DNA of 64,000 nt from contig CAZEJU010000005.1 of the NCBI GenBank assembly GCA_964512695.1, positions 5,668 through 69,667 on the forward strand, in the 5' to 3' direction. This document shows positions 17,803 to 27,945 of this stretch, piece after piece. The position numbers and the translations under genes were made by a program. The DNA is from an uncultured Gammaproteobacteria bacterium. GTDB taxonomy: Bacteria > Patescibacteriota > Microgenomatia > Levybacterales > UBA12049. Numbering within the stretch: position 1 is the stretch's first letter; every line of letters starts with the position of its first letter. The notes under the pieces were generated by a model. That model saw only the letters and a list, made by a program, of their open reading frames with translations, had not been told where the DNA came from and made no database searches.

Positions 17803-18885
17803 TTAATGAAGATAAACTCCTACTTTTTTTGCTACTTGGTACTCTGGAGTATCCTCTGTAATTTTCTTAAGTTTTTCTACGGCTTCAGAGATAGGTACTG
17901 TTTTCATTTTACCAGCACTTAAACAAACAATTTTATTAAATTCTTTCTTATCGTATGCTTCCATGGCAGCTACACCATATCTACGTGCTAATATTCTGTC
18001 TTCAGCATCAGGAGAACCACCACGCTGTGTATGACCAAGAACAACATTTCTCATTTCAAACTCACCTGGAGCCATATCCTCTACCATATTCATGAGCTGA
18101 AAAGATACTCCACCAAGTTTTACTTCTGAACTAGAACCATATGATTGATGAACAAGTTTATCGCGTATTTTTAAACCTTCTGCAACTACTACAACTGCAG
18201 CATATTCATGATGCTTTCTTCTATTACGTAAGAATTGAATAAACTTATCGGCAGAAAAAGGAAATTCCGGGAGTAAAATCGCACTTGCACCCCCTGCTAA
18301 GCCAGCAAAGAGAGAAATCCAACCGGTATATCTTCCCATACATTCGACAAAAATAACCCTATCATGACTAAATGCAGTTGTCTGGACTTTATCAATTGCA
18401 TCCATTGCTACTCCTACGGCTGTACTAAACCCGAATGTTTGGTCTGTGCTTCCTAAGTCATTGTCAATAGTTTTTGGTACACCGATAATATTTACTCCAT
18501 ATTCAGCTAGTTGTAAACCTCCGGTCATAGTTCCATCACCACCTATGAGGATGAGACCCTCAACTCCTAACGTATCAAGATGCTGCTTTGCTTCTTCTAA
18601 TATCTCCTTAGGTATTTCCCCTTTTGAACCTTCTCCTACTTTCCCTCCAAATCTTCCTTTATTTGTCGTGCGCAATATAGTGCCTCCAAGATAACTGATA
18701 TTTTTAACAGAATCTAACGTTAACTCTCGATACATAAGAGGAGACAGAAGCCCTTCCCATCCTCTTTCGAAACCAATAAATGAATATCCAAGGGGTGTAC
18801 CACTTTTAACTACAGCTGAAATAACAGCATTAATTCCTGCACAGTCTCCACCAGCATTAACAATTCCAATTTTTTTCTTTGACAT
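17803..18885 (-). CDS. pfkA: 6-phosphofructokinase (PfkA family, probably ATP-dependent)
   Basis: GGDCAGINA, GGTILRT, GGDGT, PKTIDND, ECMGR, LGHTQRGG. Confidence 0.93.
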   Translation of the reverse strand: MSKKKIGIVNAGGDCAGINAVISAVVKSGTPLGYSFIGFERGWEGLLSPLMYRELTLDSVKNISYLGGTILRTTNKGRFGGKVGEGSKGEIPKEILEEAKQHLDTLGVEGLILIGGDGTMTGGLQLAEYGVNIIGVPKTIDNDLGSTDQTFGFSTAVGVAMDAIDKVQTTAFSHDRVIFVECMGRYTGWISLFAGLAGGASAILLPEFPFSADKFIQFLRNRRKHHEYAAVVVVAEGLKIRDKLVHQSYGSSSEVKLGGVSFQLMNMVEDMAPGEFEMRNVVLGHTQRGGSPDAEDRILARRYGVAAMEAYDKKEFNKIVCLSAGKMKTVPISEAVEKLKKITEDTPEYQVAKKVGVYLH

Positions 18886-18979
18886 ACAATTTGTTCAATC
18901 CGTATTTTAACGCAAAGCAAGAGTAACTGCAATGTATCGTAACTTATACATGTATACTTTAGAGAATTCCGGTGATATC

Positions 18980-20071
18980 TTAGCGATAAAATTCTTTTAT
19001 ACGTTGAGTTACTGTTAACACTTCTTCGTCCAAAAGAAATTGATGACACGGTAAAGAAAGAATATGCTCTGCCTTATATTCGGTAATTGGAAGTGCTAGT
19101 TGATTAAACTCTGGATAACAGTCTTGTTTATGAATTGGCACCGGATAATGAATCAGCGACTGCACATTATGCTCTTTAAGATAAGTTTGTAAGGCATCAC
19201 GTTTCTCTACTTCTATAACAAAAAGATGAAACGTATGCAAGGCGTTTTCTCTTAATTTCGGTAACGTCAATCCATCAATGTTTAATAGTTCTTTTTTATA
19301 GAGTTCTGCTATCTGGTTTCTTCGTATGTTACCTTCACTAAGATAAGGAAGCTTTACACGTAAAATTCCAGCTTGAATTTCATCGAGCCGGCTATTTATA
19401 CCTTTAATTTTATGATGATACCTATCTTTTTGTCCATAATTACGAAGCATTTTACATACCTCATATAACTCTTGAGAATTTGTCGTTATCGCGCCTCCAT
19501 CTCCGTATCCTCCTAAATTTTTTGTGGGATAAAAACTAAAACATCCCAAAGTACCAAGTGCCCCAGCTTTTTTCTGAAAAAATTCAGCTCCAGCTGCCTG
19601 ACATGCATCTTCAACTACAGTAAGATTATGTTTTTTAGCAATCTCATTAATTGTATGCATATCTGCTATCTGGCCGAAAAGGTGTACTGGGAGAATTATT
19701 TTCGTTCGCGGAGTTATATACTTCTCAATACTATTTACATCCATATGAAAATACTCATCAATATCTATGAATACTGGTTTTGCACCGACATTGGTAATAG
19801 CTAGCGTAGTTGCTACAGCAGAATTTGAAACAGTGAGAACTTCATCATCCTTACCCACACCTAATGCCATAAGCGATATCTGTAAGGCCTCTAATCCATT
19901 TGCTACACCGATAGCATATTGCGTACCAATATATGAAGCGAAATCTTTTTCAAACTCTTCAACTTGTTTTCCCAAGATATACCATCCACTTTCCAATGTT
20001 TCTGTAACTGCTTTAAGAATAGAATCTTTATGAAACAGGTATTCTTTTTTAAAATCGTTCATTACTATCAT
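18980..20071 (-). CDS. DegT/DnrJ/EryC1/StrS sugar aminotransferase (FdtB-like)
   Basis: GVANGLEAL, VHLFGQ, EDACQA, SFYPTKNLGGYGDGG, NSRLDEIQA; start taken at MIVMNDF. Confidence 0.92.
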   Translation of the reverse strand: MIVMNDFKKEYLFHKDSILKAVTETLESGWYILGKQVEEFEKDFASYIGTQYAIGVANGLEALQISLMALGVGKDDEVLTVSNSAVATTLAITNVGAKPVFIDIDEYFHMDVNSIEKYITPRTKIILPVHLFGQIADMHTINEIAKKHNLTVVEDACQAAGAEFFQKKAGALGTLGCFSFYPTKNLGGYGDGGAITTNSQELYEVCKMLRNYGQKDRYHHKIKGINSRLDEIQAGILRVKLPYLSEGNIRRNQIAELYKKELLNIDGLTLPKLRENALHTFHLFVIEVEKRDALQTYLKEHNVQSLIHYPVPIHKQDCYPEFNQLALPITEYKAEHILSLPCHQFLLDEEVLTVTQRIKEFYR

Positions 20072-20075
20072 AGTT

Positions 20076-20504
20076 TTAAATATCATGTACTGCTGCTTTA
20101 AAAGTTGCGTAATCTCTAATATAATCTGAAGGTTTATAAATGTCTGAAGCGACAACCAGAAGAACTGTATCAGGCGTGAAGTCTATCATTTCATGCCACA
20201 TCATCGTATCCAGAAATACTCCTTCATTAGAACTATGTAATCTTAGTGTTTCACGTGCTTTTCCATTATCTAGTATGAGAGTAATGCTCCCTTTTATACA
20301 GAAAAGTATTTGCTGCGTTTCTTTATGAGCATGAAAACCACGTTTCGCACCTTTAATCACATCGGAAATATAGTATATTCTCTTTATCTGAAACGGTAAA
20401 TCTGGTTCTTCTAAAAAACAGAGAAATCCTTCATCCTCGATTTTCGGAACTGTAATAATATAAGAGAGTGCTGTATGTGTAATTGTATTATTTCCTTTTT
20501 TCAT
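20076..20504 (-). CDS. FdtA/QdtA cupin dTDP-6-deoxy-3,4-keto-hexulose isomerase
   Basis: PFQIKRIYYI, RGFHAHK, WHEM, LLVVAS, DYIRDY. Confidence 0.9.
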   Translation of the reverse strand: MKKGNNTITHTALSYIITVPKIEDEGFLCFLEEPDLPFQIKRIYYISDVIKGAKRGFHAHKETQQILFCIKGSITLILDNGKARETLRLHSSNEGVFLDTMMWHEMIDFTPDTVLLVVASDIYKPSDYIRDYATFKAAVHDI

Positions 20505-21597
20505 ACTCCAATACTTCCTTTATAAATGCGTCAAACATTCCTGCAACTCTATCCCACGTATATTGCTTTGCAAAAGTACGTGCTTTCACTCTCATTGTAT
20601 CATTCAATTTCTTATTAGTTGCTTTTACTAGAAGCTTACCATATTCATCTAAATCAAAGGGCTTTGCTTTTAAGTAAAAATCATCAGGCGCCCAACGACA
20701 CTCAGGTAAATCAAAGCCTACCATAGGTAATCCAGACGCTAATGCTTCAAGTGCCCATAAGGATAATTCATCATGTCGTGATGGAAAGGTTACAAAAATT
20801 GCTTCTGATAATAATGCTTCTTTTTTCTTTCCGTAAGCAGAACCTACCATATGAACTTTTTTTTCGAGTCCATAATCTTTAATTAGTTTTCTAATTTTCC
20901 CTTCATCCGGACCATGACCTGCAATAACAAGTGGATATCCTATTATAGACGATACTTTTGCGTAAGCCTCTATGAGTAAATCAATACCTTTTTGACTCAT
21001 ATCTAATCTGGAGAGAAAAAGGATGTGCTTCGGCGCGGTATGTTTAATATTAAAGAACGACTCATCAACACCTTGGGGTACAATCTTATATATAATTGAT
21101 GGATTAAGTTTCTTCATTTTAGAACTATCTACATCTGAATATGGTAAAAAATATTTATAAAATTTAGCACCATACTGTTCAATTAAATGAAATGGTAAAT
21201 GATATTTTTTTGAAAATTCCTTAGCATTGAACATGGAAGGTAATCCGATGATCGGCGTTGAGGTAAATCTGGGTGTACCGATCGTAGAAACAGGAGCAAC
21301 GAATGACTCAATAATAACATCGGCTTTTACTTTCCGAACATAAAAAGGCAGCATGAGGATATAAAAAAGATTGTTAAGACGTATAAACTTACTACCTACT
21401 GCTATATGTTTGTATGTTATACCATCTTCTACTCGATCTTGGTAACCCGGATAACGAGAACAATATACAGAAATATCATACCCAAGTTTATGTAGACGAC
21501 GACCTACTTCATATGTTGCTCTTGCCTGACCAGCCCCAAGAAGAGGATTTTTTAGATCATCAAAATCAAAATAACTCACTTTTATTTTCTGTTTCAT
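20488..21597 (-). CDS. Glycosyltransferase family 4
   Basis: FLSRLDMSQKGIDLL, PSRHDELSLWALEALASG. Confidence 0.9.
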   Translation of the reverse strand: MKQKIKVSYFDFDDLKNPLLGAGQARATYEVGRRLHKLGYDISVYCSRYPGYQDRVEDGITYKHIAVGSKFIRLNNLFYILMLPFYVRKVKADVIIESFVAPVSTIGTPRFTSTPIIGLPSMFNAKEFSKKYHLPFHLIEQYGAKFYKYFLPYSDVDSSKMKKLNPSIIYKIVPQGVDESFFNIKHTAPKHILFLSRLDMSQKGIDLLIEAYAKVSSIIGYPLVIAGHGPDEGKIRKLIKDYGLEKKVHMVGSAYGKKKEALLSEAIFVTFPSRHDELSLWALEALASGLPMVGFDLPECRWAPDDFYLKAKPFDLDEYGKLLVKATNKKLNDTMRVKARTFAKQYTWDRVAGMFDAFIKEVLEYEKRK

Positions 21598-21610
21598 ATA
21601 GTTGTTTTCA

Positions 21611-22846
21611 TTACCAACGAAATACTTTACGTAGTATTTGTAGTACCATTGGTGTTTTTTTAGACGCGTTTAATTTATTATATATATTTACTATCCCATC
21701 TCGTAAAGTAGGCTTTATTCCTCTTCTTACTGAAATTGTAACAACTTCTGATTCAGCATTTGATAAATCTTTCTTATATGGATAAATACCGAGTGAAAAG
21801 TTATATGCCTTTATCCCTCTTTTTCTACATTCTTCCATGCACAATGTATGAAGTATATAACCGATTCTTAATCGTTTGTTATTTACCTGACCTAATTGAA
21901 GATTAAAAACATCGTTGAAACCGAGCTGATATCCATATGCCACGCCATTATCAACAAATAATGAAAGACAACCGAGCGTTCCAATTTTTTTACTTCTTAC
22001 TCGAAAAAGAATGACAGATTTATATCGTAACAATTTTGGAATGATTATTTCCTGAAACTTAGTGAATCGTTTTGAATCAAACATACTACGTTTGCCTAGT
22101 TTTTTCCATGTAGCGTTATATAATGTAATCAACTCCCTTTGAATATCTAAAGCATGCGAGGCTTTTTCTGCCCATTCAATTTGCAAATCATTATCGAGGA
22201 GCTTCATACTTCTTCGAAGTTTATAGCGGGTATCTTTCGATAAGGTTTCTAAAACAGGAGTCTTAGAAAATTTTATAAAATCATAGAAAAGCACTGGGTG
22301 TTTATCTATATGAAAAGCATAAGATTTTTCCTGTAAAACGTTAAGTACTGTATCCGATTCTTCCTGATTAAATTCATCAAAAACTATTTCCTCCCAGTCG
22401 AATGAAGACTTAATAATTTCAATTAAACCAGTATAAAACGCGGGTTTATATTTTTCAATTACAAGTACCCTATTATTAACCATACCTATACGATCTTTAA
22501 ATGCTTCTCCTGCAGTACCTATGTGGTATGCTTTCACTGGAAAAGGCAAATGTCGTTCTTTTTCTTTTGTAATTAATGTAATTCCGCAAGGAATATTATC
22601 TATCGCTGCTATTACAAACCAATAGTCAACGGTCTCTTTATAAATCTGCAGCCATGTATCCACCCATTTCCATTGGGAAGTTAAACATTGAGAAGAAACT
22701 TGCTTTTCAATTTTCTGCCAAGTATCTGCTAGTTCATGATACTTTTTATTTTCTATAAGATAGAATGAGAGTTGGTCTATTCTTTTTTCACTAAGCTTTT
22801 TGCCAGGTATAGTACTTCTATATACCTTCTGAACTTCCTTTTTCAT
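21611..22846 (-). CDS. GNAT-family N-acyltransferase (CelD/BcsL, Acetyltransf_6-like)
   Basis: WKWVDTW, LSKDTRYKLRR, YGYQLGF, YNFSLGIYPYKK. Confidence 0.75.
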   Translation of the reverse strand: MKKEVQKVYRSTIPGKKLSEKRIDQLSFYLIENKKYHELADTWQKIEKQVSSQCLTSQWKWVDTWLQIYKETVDYWFVIAAIDNIPCGITLITKEKERHLPFPVKAYHIGTAGEAFKDRIGMVNNRVLVIEKYKPAFYTGLIEIIKSSFDWEEIVFDEFNQEESDTVLNVLQEKSYAFHIDKHPVLFYDFIKFSKTPVLETLSKDTRYKLRRSMKLLDNDLQIEWAEKASHALDIQRELITLYNATWKKLGKRSMFDSKRFTKFQEIIIPKLLRYKSVILFRVRSKKIGTLGCLSLFVDNGVAYGYQLGFNDVFNLQLGQVNNKRLRIGYILHTLCMEECRKRGIKAYNFSLGIYPYKKDLSNAESEVVTISVRRGIKPTLRDGIVNIYNKLNASKKTPMVLQILRKVFRW

Positions 22847-22930
22847 AGCTGACTATTATACTAAATATAGGTCTAAATATACAGTGCTTTTATATCCTAT
22901 AAGAAAATGGTATAATCATAGGAAATTACT

Positions 22931-24283
22931 ATGGTTAGGAAAGAAAAGATTACCATTGTAGGAGCAGGGCCAGTAGGATGTTTCATGGCTATTTTGCTGG
23001 CAAAACGAGGCTTTCAAGTTACTGTTTACGAAAGAAAAGCAAAAGAAGAGTTTCAGAATCCCTCCTCACATCTATCATACCACATTACATTTTATTCTCG
23101 AGGTGTAAATGCTCTTAAAAAAGCAGGTGTTTGGGATGAACTCAAAAAAAATGCCGTACCATTAGACGGGACTGTCGTACATCCTCTCTATGCACAGGCT
23201 TCATTTAGTAGGTTAAGGAAAAAAGACACTCTCTATTTTGCTGTACAACGCTGTGAGTTACTGAAGATCCTCATGAAAGAAGCTAAAAAGTATCCAAATA
23301 TACAGTTTCATTTTAATAGAAAGTTCATCAATGTTAGTCACTACGAGAGGTCTATTGTAATTCAAAATATGCATAATAATAACTATGAGACTATACCATC
23401 TGCTATAGTGATTGGTGCTGATGGAATTAACTCACGAGTCAGATCTAATATACAAATAGGACAACCTGTGGAATATACTCAAATTTATGAGACATGGGGA
23501 TATAAACATGTTCTTTTTAATAAAGATTTAGTTACATCACTTGGTCTTCGAAACCACGCAATGCATGTATGGCCAAGGAAAAATGTTATTTTAGTGGCTT
23601 TCCCTAACAGCAATGGTTCATTAACAGGAATGCTGGTTCTTCCACAAAAACAAGATGAAAGATATACGCGGTTAGATTCGAAGACGGATATTCAGTCATT
23701 TATAAAAAGTAATTTCCCGGATCTCGCACTAGCAACAGATGAGATTGTACATTCCATAAGAGATAACCCGGAGGGTACGTTATCAACAGTCTATACCGCA
23801 CCATGGTATTACAAAGATTTTTTAGTTCTCATAGGTGATGCTGCTCATGGAACCGTGCCATTTTATGGCCAAGGAACTACAGCAGGCTTTGAAGATTGTC
23901 TTGCATTTATCTCACTTGTAGACACCTACAAAACTGATTGGTCAAAAATATTTCCAGAATACCAATATAAAAGGAAAAGACATACTGATGTTCTAGCAAA
24001 TTTATCCCGAGATAATTTTAAACAGTTCCGTCGACATAAAGAAGCAGATTACAATGCTATCCACTCTCATTTAGAGATGATTTTACATAGACTCTTCCCT
24101 TCATTCTGGATATACCCACTTTATATGCTAATGGTTGCGGATAACGATAACTTTGCAGATATTCTAGAAAAACATAAAAAACAAAAAAAGAAAGCTCTTT
24201 TCACGGGTGTTTCACTTGTAGCTCTACTGCTGACAGGAGTCATAGAAGCAAAATCAAAGCTCAGATTTCTAAAGAATAAATAA
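22931..24283 (+). CDS. FAD-dependent monooxygenase, kynurenine 3-monooxygenase-like
   Basis: IVGAGPVG, GADGINSRVR, MHVWPR, LIGDAAHGTVPFYGQG...GFEDC. Confidence 0.85.
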   Translation: MVRKEKITIVGAGPVGCFMAILLAKRGFQVTVYERKAKEEFQNPSSHLSYHITFYSRGVNALKKAGVWDELKKNAVPLDGTVVHPLYAQASFSRLRKKDTLYFAVQRCELLKILMKEAKKYPNIQFHFNRKFINVSHYERSIVIQNMHNNNYETIPSAIVIGADGINSRVRSNIQIGQPVEYTQIYETWGYKHVLFNKDLVTSLGLRNHAMHVWPRKNVILVAFPNSNGSLTGMLVLPQKQDERYTRLDSKTDIQSFIKSNFPDLALATDEIVHSIRDNPEGTLSTVYTAPWYYKDFLVLIGDAAHGTVPFYGQGTTAGFEDCLAFISLVDTYKTDWSKIFPEYQYKRKRHTDVLANLSRDNFKQFRRHKEADYNAIHSHLEMILHRLFPSFWIYPLYMLMVADNDNFADILEKHKKQKKKALFTGVSLVALLLTGVIEAKSKLRFLKNK

Positions 24284-25258
24284 TCAGGAAAGATACTTTT
24301 TCTTCATTGTAAATGCATAATATCCAACACCTATTAAGGAAATGCCCGCAACCATTAATGAGAGTGGCCAACCTAGTGTTCCGCTGAAATATTCTCCTGT
24401 TATTTTTAAAATATAGAGCATAAGAAAAATTGTCCCCCAAGTTAAGAAAGCTTTACTCTTCAACTTCACACTTAACAATAAAATAGAAAAAACGATTAGG
24501 GGGAATGCCAGCTCCCAAAAAATATTTTGCGAAGGTTGCCATCCGCCTAAAACTAAAGCCGCACCAAGGAAGAAAAGAGTTCCGAAGCTATAAAGCGGCT
24601 CTGTAAGCGCTTTTTGCTCTGTAAAGGAAAAATAATATCCTAAAAATAAGTAAGATAAACCAACAAAAAGAAATCGGTATTCATGAAATTTCATATTTGT
24701 GAAATAAGGATTCGGACCAATAAGAAAGTTGGTAAAGTTAAAAAAGAACCATGTAGCATACATGATGCTAAATAAGGTAAAAATAGTTTTTTTAAATACA
24801 AAAAATGAAATAAGATACATAATAAAAACTATACCCGTAATAAGACTCTGCATGAAAGGATACCCTGGATCAAAACCCGCTTGGTCAAACGCAATATTTA
24901 AGCCAAGAGGAATAACAAGCGCGGCAATGAGATGAAATGCTAATCCGACTGCTCCATATTTTTCTTCTTTATTAAAAAGTACCCCTACTATGTATGAGGC
25001 AATGCCAAATCCTAAGGTCACAAGTATTTTCGTAAAAGCGTTTAATGAATTCCAATTCTGAAATACAAGTATCGCTATCCCTATAAAAACGATAAATCCT
25101 CCTATAAAATACAATACTTCTGAAATACCTACTTCTCGAGTTAATGATCCTACTTTTTTATCTTTTCCTCTTTCGTATGCCGAAACCACTTCATCTTTCG
25201 TTAGAAGATTTTGTGAAGACATTGTTGTAATTGTTGATAAAATTGATTCTTTATCCAT
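24284..25258 (-). CDS. Multi-pass membrane protein (DUF2157-like)
   Basis: About 9 TM segments; YFIGGFIVFIGIAILVFQNWNSL...KIL pattern. Confidence 0.7.
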   Translation of the reverse strand: MDKESILSTITTMSSQNLLTKDEVVSAYERGKDKKVGSLTREVGISEVLYFIGGFIVFIGIAILVFQNWNSLNAFTKILVTLGFGIASYIVGVLFNKEEKYGAVGLAFHLIAALVIPLGLNIAFDQAGFDPGYPFMQSLITGIVFIMYLISFFVFKKTIFTLFSIMYATWFFFNFTNFLIGPNPYFTNMKFHEYRFLFVGLSYLFLGYYFSFTEQKALTEPLYSFGTLFFLGAALVLGGWQPSQNIFWELAFPLIVFSILLLSVKLKSKAFLTWGTIFLMLYILKITGEYFSGTLGWPLSLMVAGISLIGVGYYAFTMKKKYLS

Positions 25259-25259
25259 A

Positions 25260-25766
25260 TTAGTCTACTACCCACCCTAAAAATGAAAAACCGTTTGAAT
25301 AAGTTGACCCATCGTTCTCTAAATCTACTTTTTTACTACTATACTTTCCAACAAGGTACTTACTATCATAGTTATTATCATACCAAAAAAAAGGAAAGAA
25401 ACCTCTGTGTACACTCCCATTTTCTATAGTATATCCGTCAGGAGACTTCCTATTATTATTTAATACGAGTCGTGAAGCATCTTCATAAGAGATAGCCATA
25501 CTATTATTTGTTTTTACATTATAGATATATAGTTGAGGTTCGGTATACGTTTCATATGGATAGTATGTCTCAGTATAATCTCGTTGATACTTTTGCAAAC
25601 GATTATTTCTTACTAAGTAAAAATACTCACGTCCCGAACTGTAAAGAAAATTATAACGAGGTTTATGAAAAAAGTTTGGAATATATATCGCAATAACTAT
25701 AAAAAGGATCATAAATAGAGGTATCGAGAAACCAAAAATAAGAGGAAGATTTTTTTTATTAAACAT
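25260..25766 (-). CDS. Hypothetical single-TM Tyr-rich protein
   Basis: N-terminal TM, PRYNFLY, SPDGY, C-terminal FLGWV. Confidence 0.7.
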   Translation of the reverse strand: MFNKKNLPLIFGFSIPLFMILFIVIAIYIPNFFHKPRYNFLYSSGREYFYLVRNNRLQKYQRDYTETYYPYETYTEPQLYIYNVKTNNSMAISYEDASRLVLNNNRKSPDGYTIENGSVHRGFFPFFWYDNNYDSKYLVGKYSSKKVDLENDGSTYSNGFSFLGWVVD

Positions 25767-25878
25767 ATATTTAATCGTTAGTAAGTAATGTACTTTATCC
25801 TATATCTAAAAATTAATCAGCAAATTATCTATCATTGTGCTATCAAATAGATAGCCATATAAACTTAATGTTTATATA

Positions 25879-26967
25879 TCAGTCTTTTCCTATGGTAATA
25901 ACGATATCAAACTCAGCTGACTGAGTGGCTTCCTCTACTATTATAAGTGGAAAGTCACTTCTTAGCACATTCTGAATATCCTTAACTAATTCAGAAGAAA
26001 ACTGTTCGGAGTATGTGAGGGTTGTTTGATTTTCTAAAGCTCGTGCGTTGCCAATCGATATATTTTTATAACCACTAGCATTTAGAATTAAACCCATTTC
26101 TCCCGCCTGACCTTTAATACCAGAACCATTAAGTATCTGAATTTTAATCGCAGACTTATCGGGGGATTTTATGGTAGGACTTAGCAGAACAGTGGGTGAA
26201 AGTGTAAGAGTCACGTCAGATGTGGTTAAAGAAAGTTGTGGAGCATGATCTTGATCTTTAGCGAATGGATTCGTGACTAAATTACGCTGTATCAATGCGT
26301 AAATGGAAACTGCGACTAGTATTACCAAACCAATGACCAATGTAACATACTGATATTTTAAATTAGGCTTTGGAGTCTGTATGTTTAACTCTGATTCAAT
26401 ACCATCTGCTTCTTCTTTTGAAATCTTTTCAGCTTTTAAAAGATTGTATTTGTTTAGTACACTGCCGTTCTTCAGAATTCCTTTCGCATCAGTTACAGAA
26501 ATGCTTGAAACTTCTCTATTTGTTATTATGCTTAATGGTACAACTGCGCTAACACCAATATTTTTCACTTTCAAAGTTTCTATAACTACTTTGTAAAGAT
26601 CGCTATTTGCGGCTAAAAGTTCAATTTTTTTACCTTTTTTTACCGTTAATTTTGCTATTTTTGCTCTATTTATAGGAATGTATTGGTAAAAGCGTTTCTC
26701 ATTTTCTCCTTTTTTTTCAGAATCCTCTATCTCTTCTGAAAAAACAAACTGGTTGGAAAGAACAATAACAGCTTTTCCTTTAAGCTGGCTATTACTTATT
26801 ACCTCATTCAAACCCTGAGTAAAAAGTTTTTCATCTGAAAGTTCTCCATAGGTAACAGCGCCAGGAGGAAAAGTATACACGATAGTTTTCCCGGAAGGAG
26901 GTATAATCTGAAGAAGAGTCGTACTGATAAACACCAGGAATTTACCCTCTGGAAGGACCATATACAC
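25879..26967 (-). CDS. PilM/GspL-like cytoplasmic domain, TM, LytR_C domain protein
   Basis: N-term FPPGAVTYGELSDEKLF...AVIVLS is PilM-like; TM near aa 205-226; C-term IQILNGSGIKGQA...GNA...DIVITIGKD is LytR_C. Confidence 0.7.
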   Translation of the reverse strand: MYMVLPEGKFLVFISTTLLQIIPPSGKTIVYTFPPGAVTYGELSDEKLFTQGLNEVISNSQLKGKAVIVLSNQFVFSEEIEDSEKKGENEKRFYQYIPINRAKIAKLTVKKGKKIELLAANSDLYKVVIETLKVKNIGVSAVVPLSIITNREVSSISVTDAKGILKNGSVLNKYNLLKAEKISKEEADGIESELNIQTPKPNLKYQYVTLVIGLVILVAVSIYALIQRNLVTNPFAKDQDHAPQLSLTTSDVTLTLSPTVLLSPTIKSPDKSAIKIQILNGSGIKGQAGEMGLILNASGYKNISIGNARALENQTTLTYSEQFSSELVKDIQNVLRSDFPLIIVEEATQSAEFDIVITIGKD

Positions 26968-27000
26968 TAGTGTAGCAAATTTGAAAAATCATCGCGAGAT

Positions 27001-27504
27001 TTATCTTGAAGCAGATATTGTAGTTGAGCCTTCAGCTCTGCAAGCCGTTACAGTTACTATATTATTTGCATCAACAACAATCCCGTATCCTGTTGAGGTC
27101 GAACTCGACGACAGGCTTGGGTCGACAGGAATTGTTTTTAAGTATTTAACGAGCGGAGTCGCAAGATTTGTGCAGCTTGAAGCTGTGACACTGCATCCTC
27201 CTGTTGAAATTGCACATCCCGATGAAGCTGATCCAAGCTGGACTTGTGACATTCCGGTAGAAAGCCCCGACGGAAGAGAACCACCGTTATCTACTATATA
27301 AGCATGGACCGCAGTAAGGATCGTATTTACATCTGAGGTGCGTCGTGCGTTTCTCGCGTCTTGAAATCTTTGCGCTGGATTAAGTGCTACGAATACTACT
27401 ACGGCCAAAGTTGCTATAATAACTATTACGATTAAAAGTTCAATAAGAGTAAAACCTTCTTTGGAATTTTGGAGTTTGAATTTAAAATTTAAATATTTCT
27501 TCAT
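27001..27504 (-). CDS. Type IV major pilin candidate
   Basis: Class III signal G|FTLIELLIVIVIIATLA; ARNARRTSD; four Cys; ATG at 27504. Confidence 0.9.
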   Translation of the reverse strand: MKKYLNFKFKLQNSKEGFTLIELLIVIVIIATLAVVVFVALNPAQRFQDARNARRTSDVNTILTAVHAYIVDNGGSLPSGLSTGMSQVQLGSASSGCAISTGGCSVTASSCTNLATPLVKYLKTIPVDPSLSSSSTSTGYGIVVDANNIVTVTACRAEGSTTISASR

Positions 27505-27560
27505 AGGCAGAATATTATATAAAGTTATCGTATCGTGTAGTGCATAAAAAATCAAGTAAT

Positions 27561-27944
27561 TTATATCTCTTTCCAACTTGAGATCGTCAAATAAGATCCT
27601 CCTCTGTTTACTACAGCCTGGACTGTTCTTCTGTAATCTGTCGCGGTAGTTGTGGTAGTAACTGTGTAATTAGATCCTGCTTGAGACACGGTTATGGTAC
27701 ATATTCCTTCAGGTCGAGATATTGTTCCACCTGCATAAGACGCGCTATTTCTAAGCTTTAAAAGCGCGTCTTCCATACACCCTTCTATAAAAACCAAAGC
27801 ACCTTCGCCTTTCGTAATCGCTAGTGAAACTTGTCCTTCACCTACACCAAGCTGAGCAACGGTTATCATAACACCCGAAATGACGACAGTTAATATGAGG
27901 ATAATTGATATCGCTACATATCCTTGTTCAGATTTTTTTTTCAT
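27561..27944 (-). CDS. Minor pilin, PilX/GspK-like (no Glu5)
   Basis: EQG|YVAISIILIL lacking E5; EGCMEDALLKL. Confidence 0.75.
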   Translation of the reverse strand: MKKKSEQGYVAISIILILTVVISGVMITVAQLGVGEGQVSLAITKGEGALVFIEGCMEDALLKLRNSASYAGGTISRPEGICTITVSQAGSNYTVTTTTTATDYRRTVQAVVNRGGSYLTISSWKEI

Positions 27945-27945
27945 A

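Noticed and set aside
26981-27301. 106-aa plus-strand ORF overlapping the major pilin
   Set aside because: Antisense to a clear pilin gene, with no motif.
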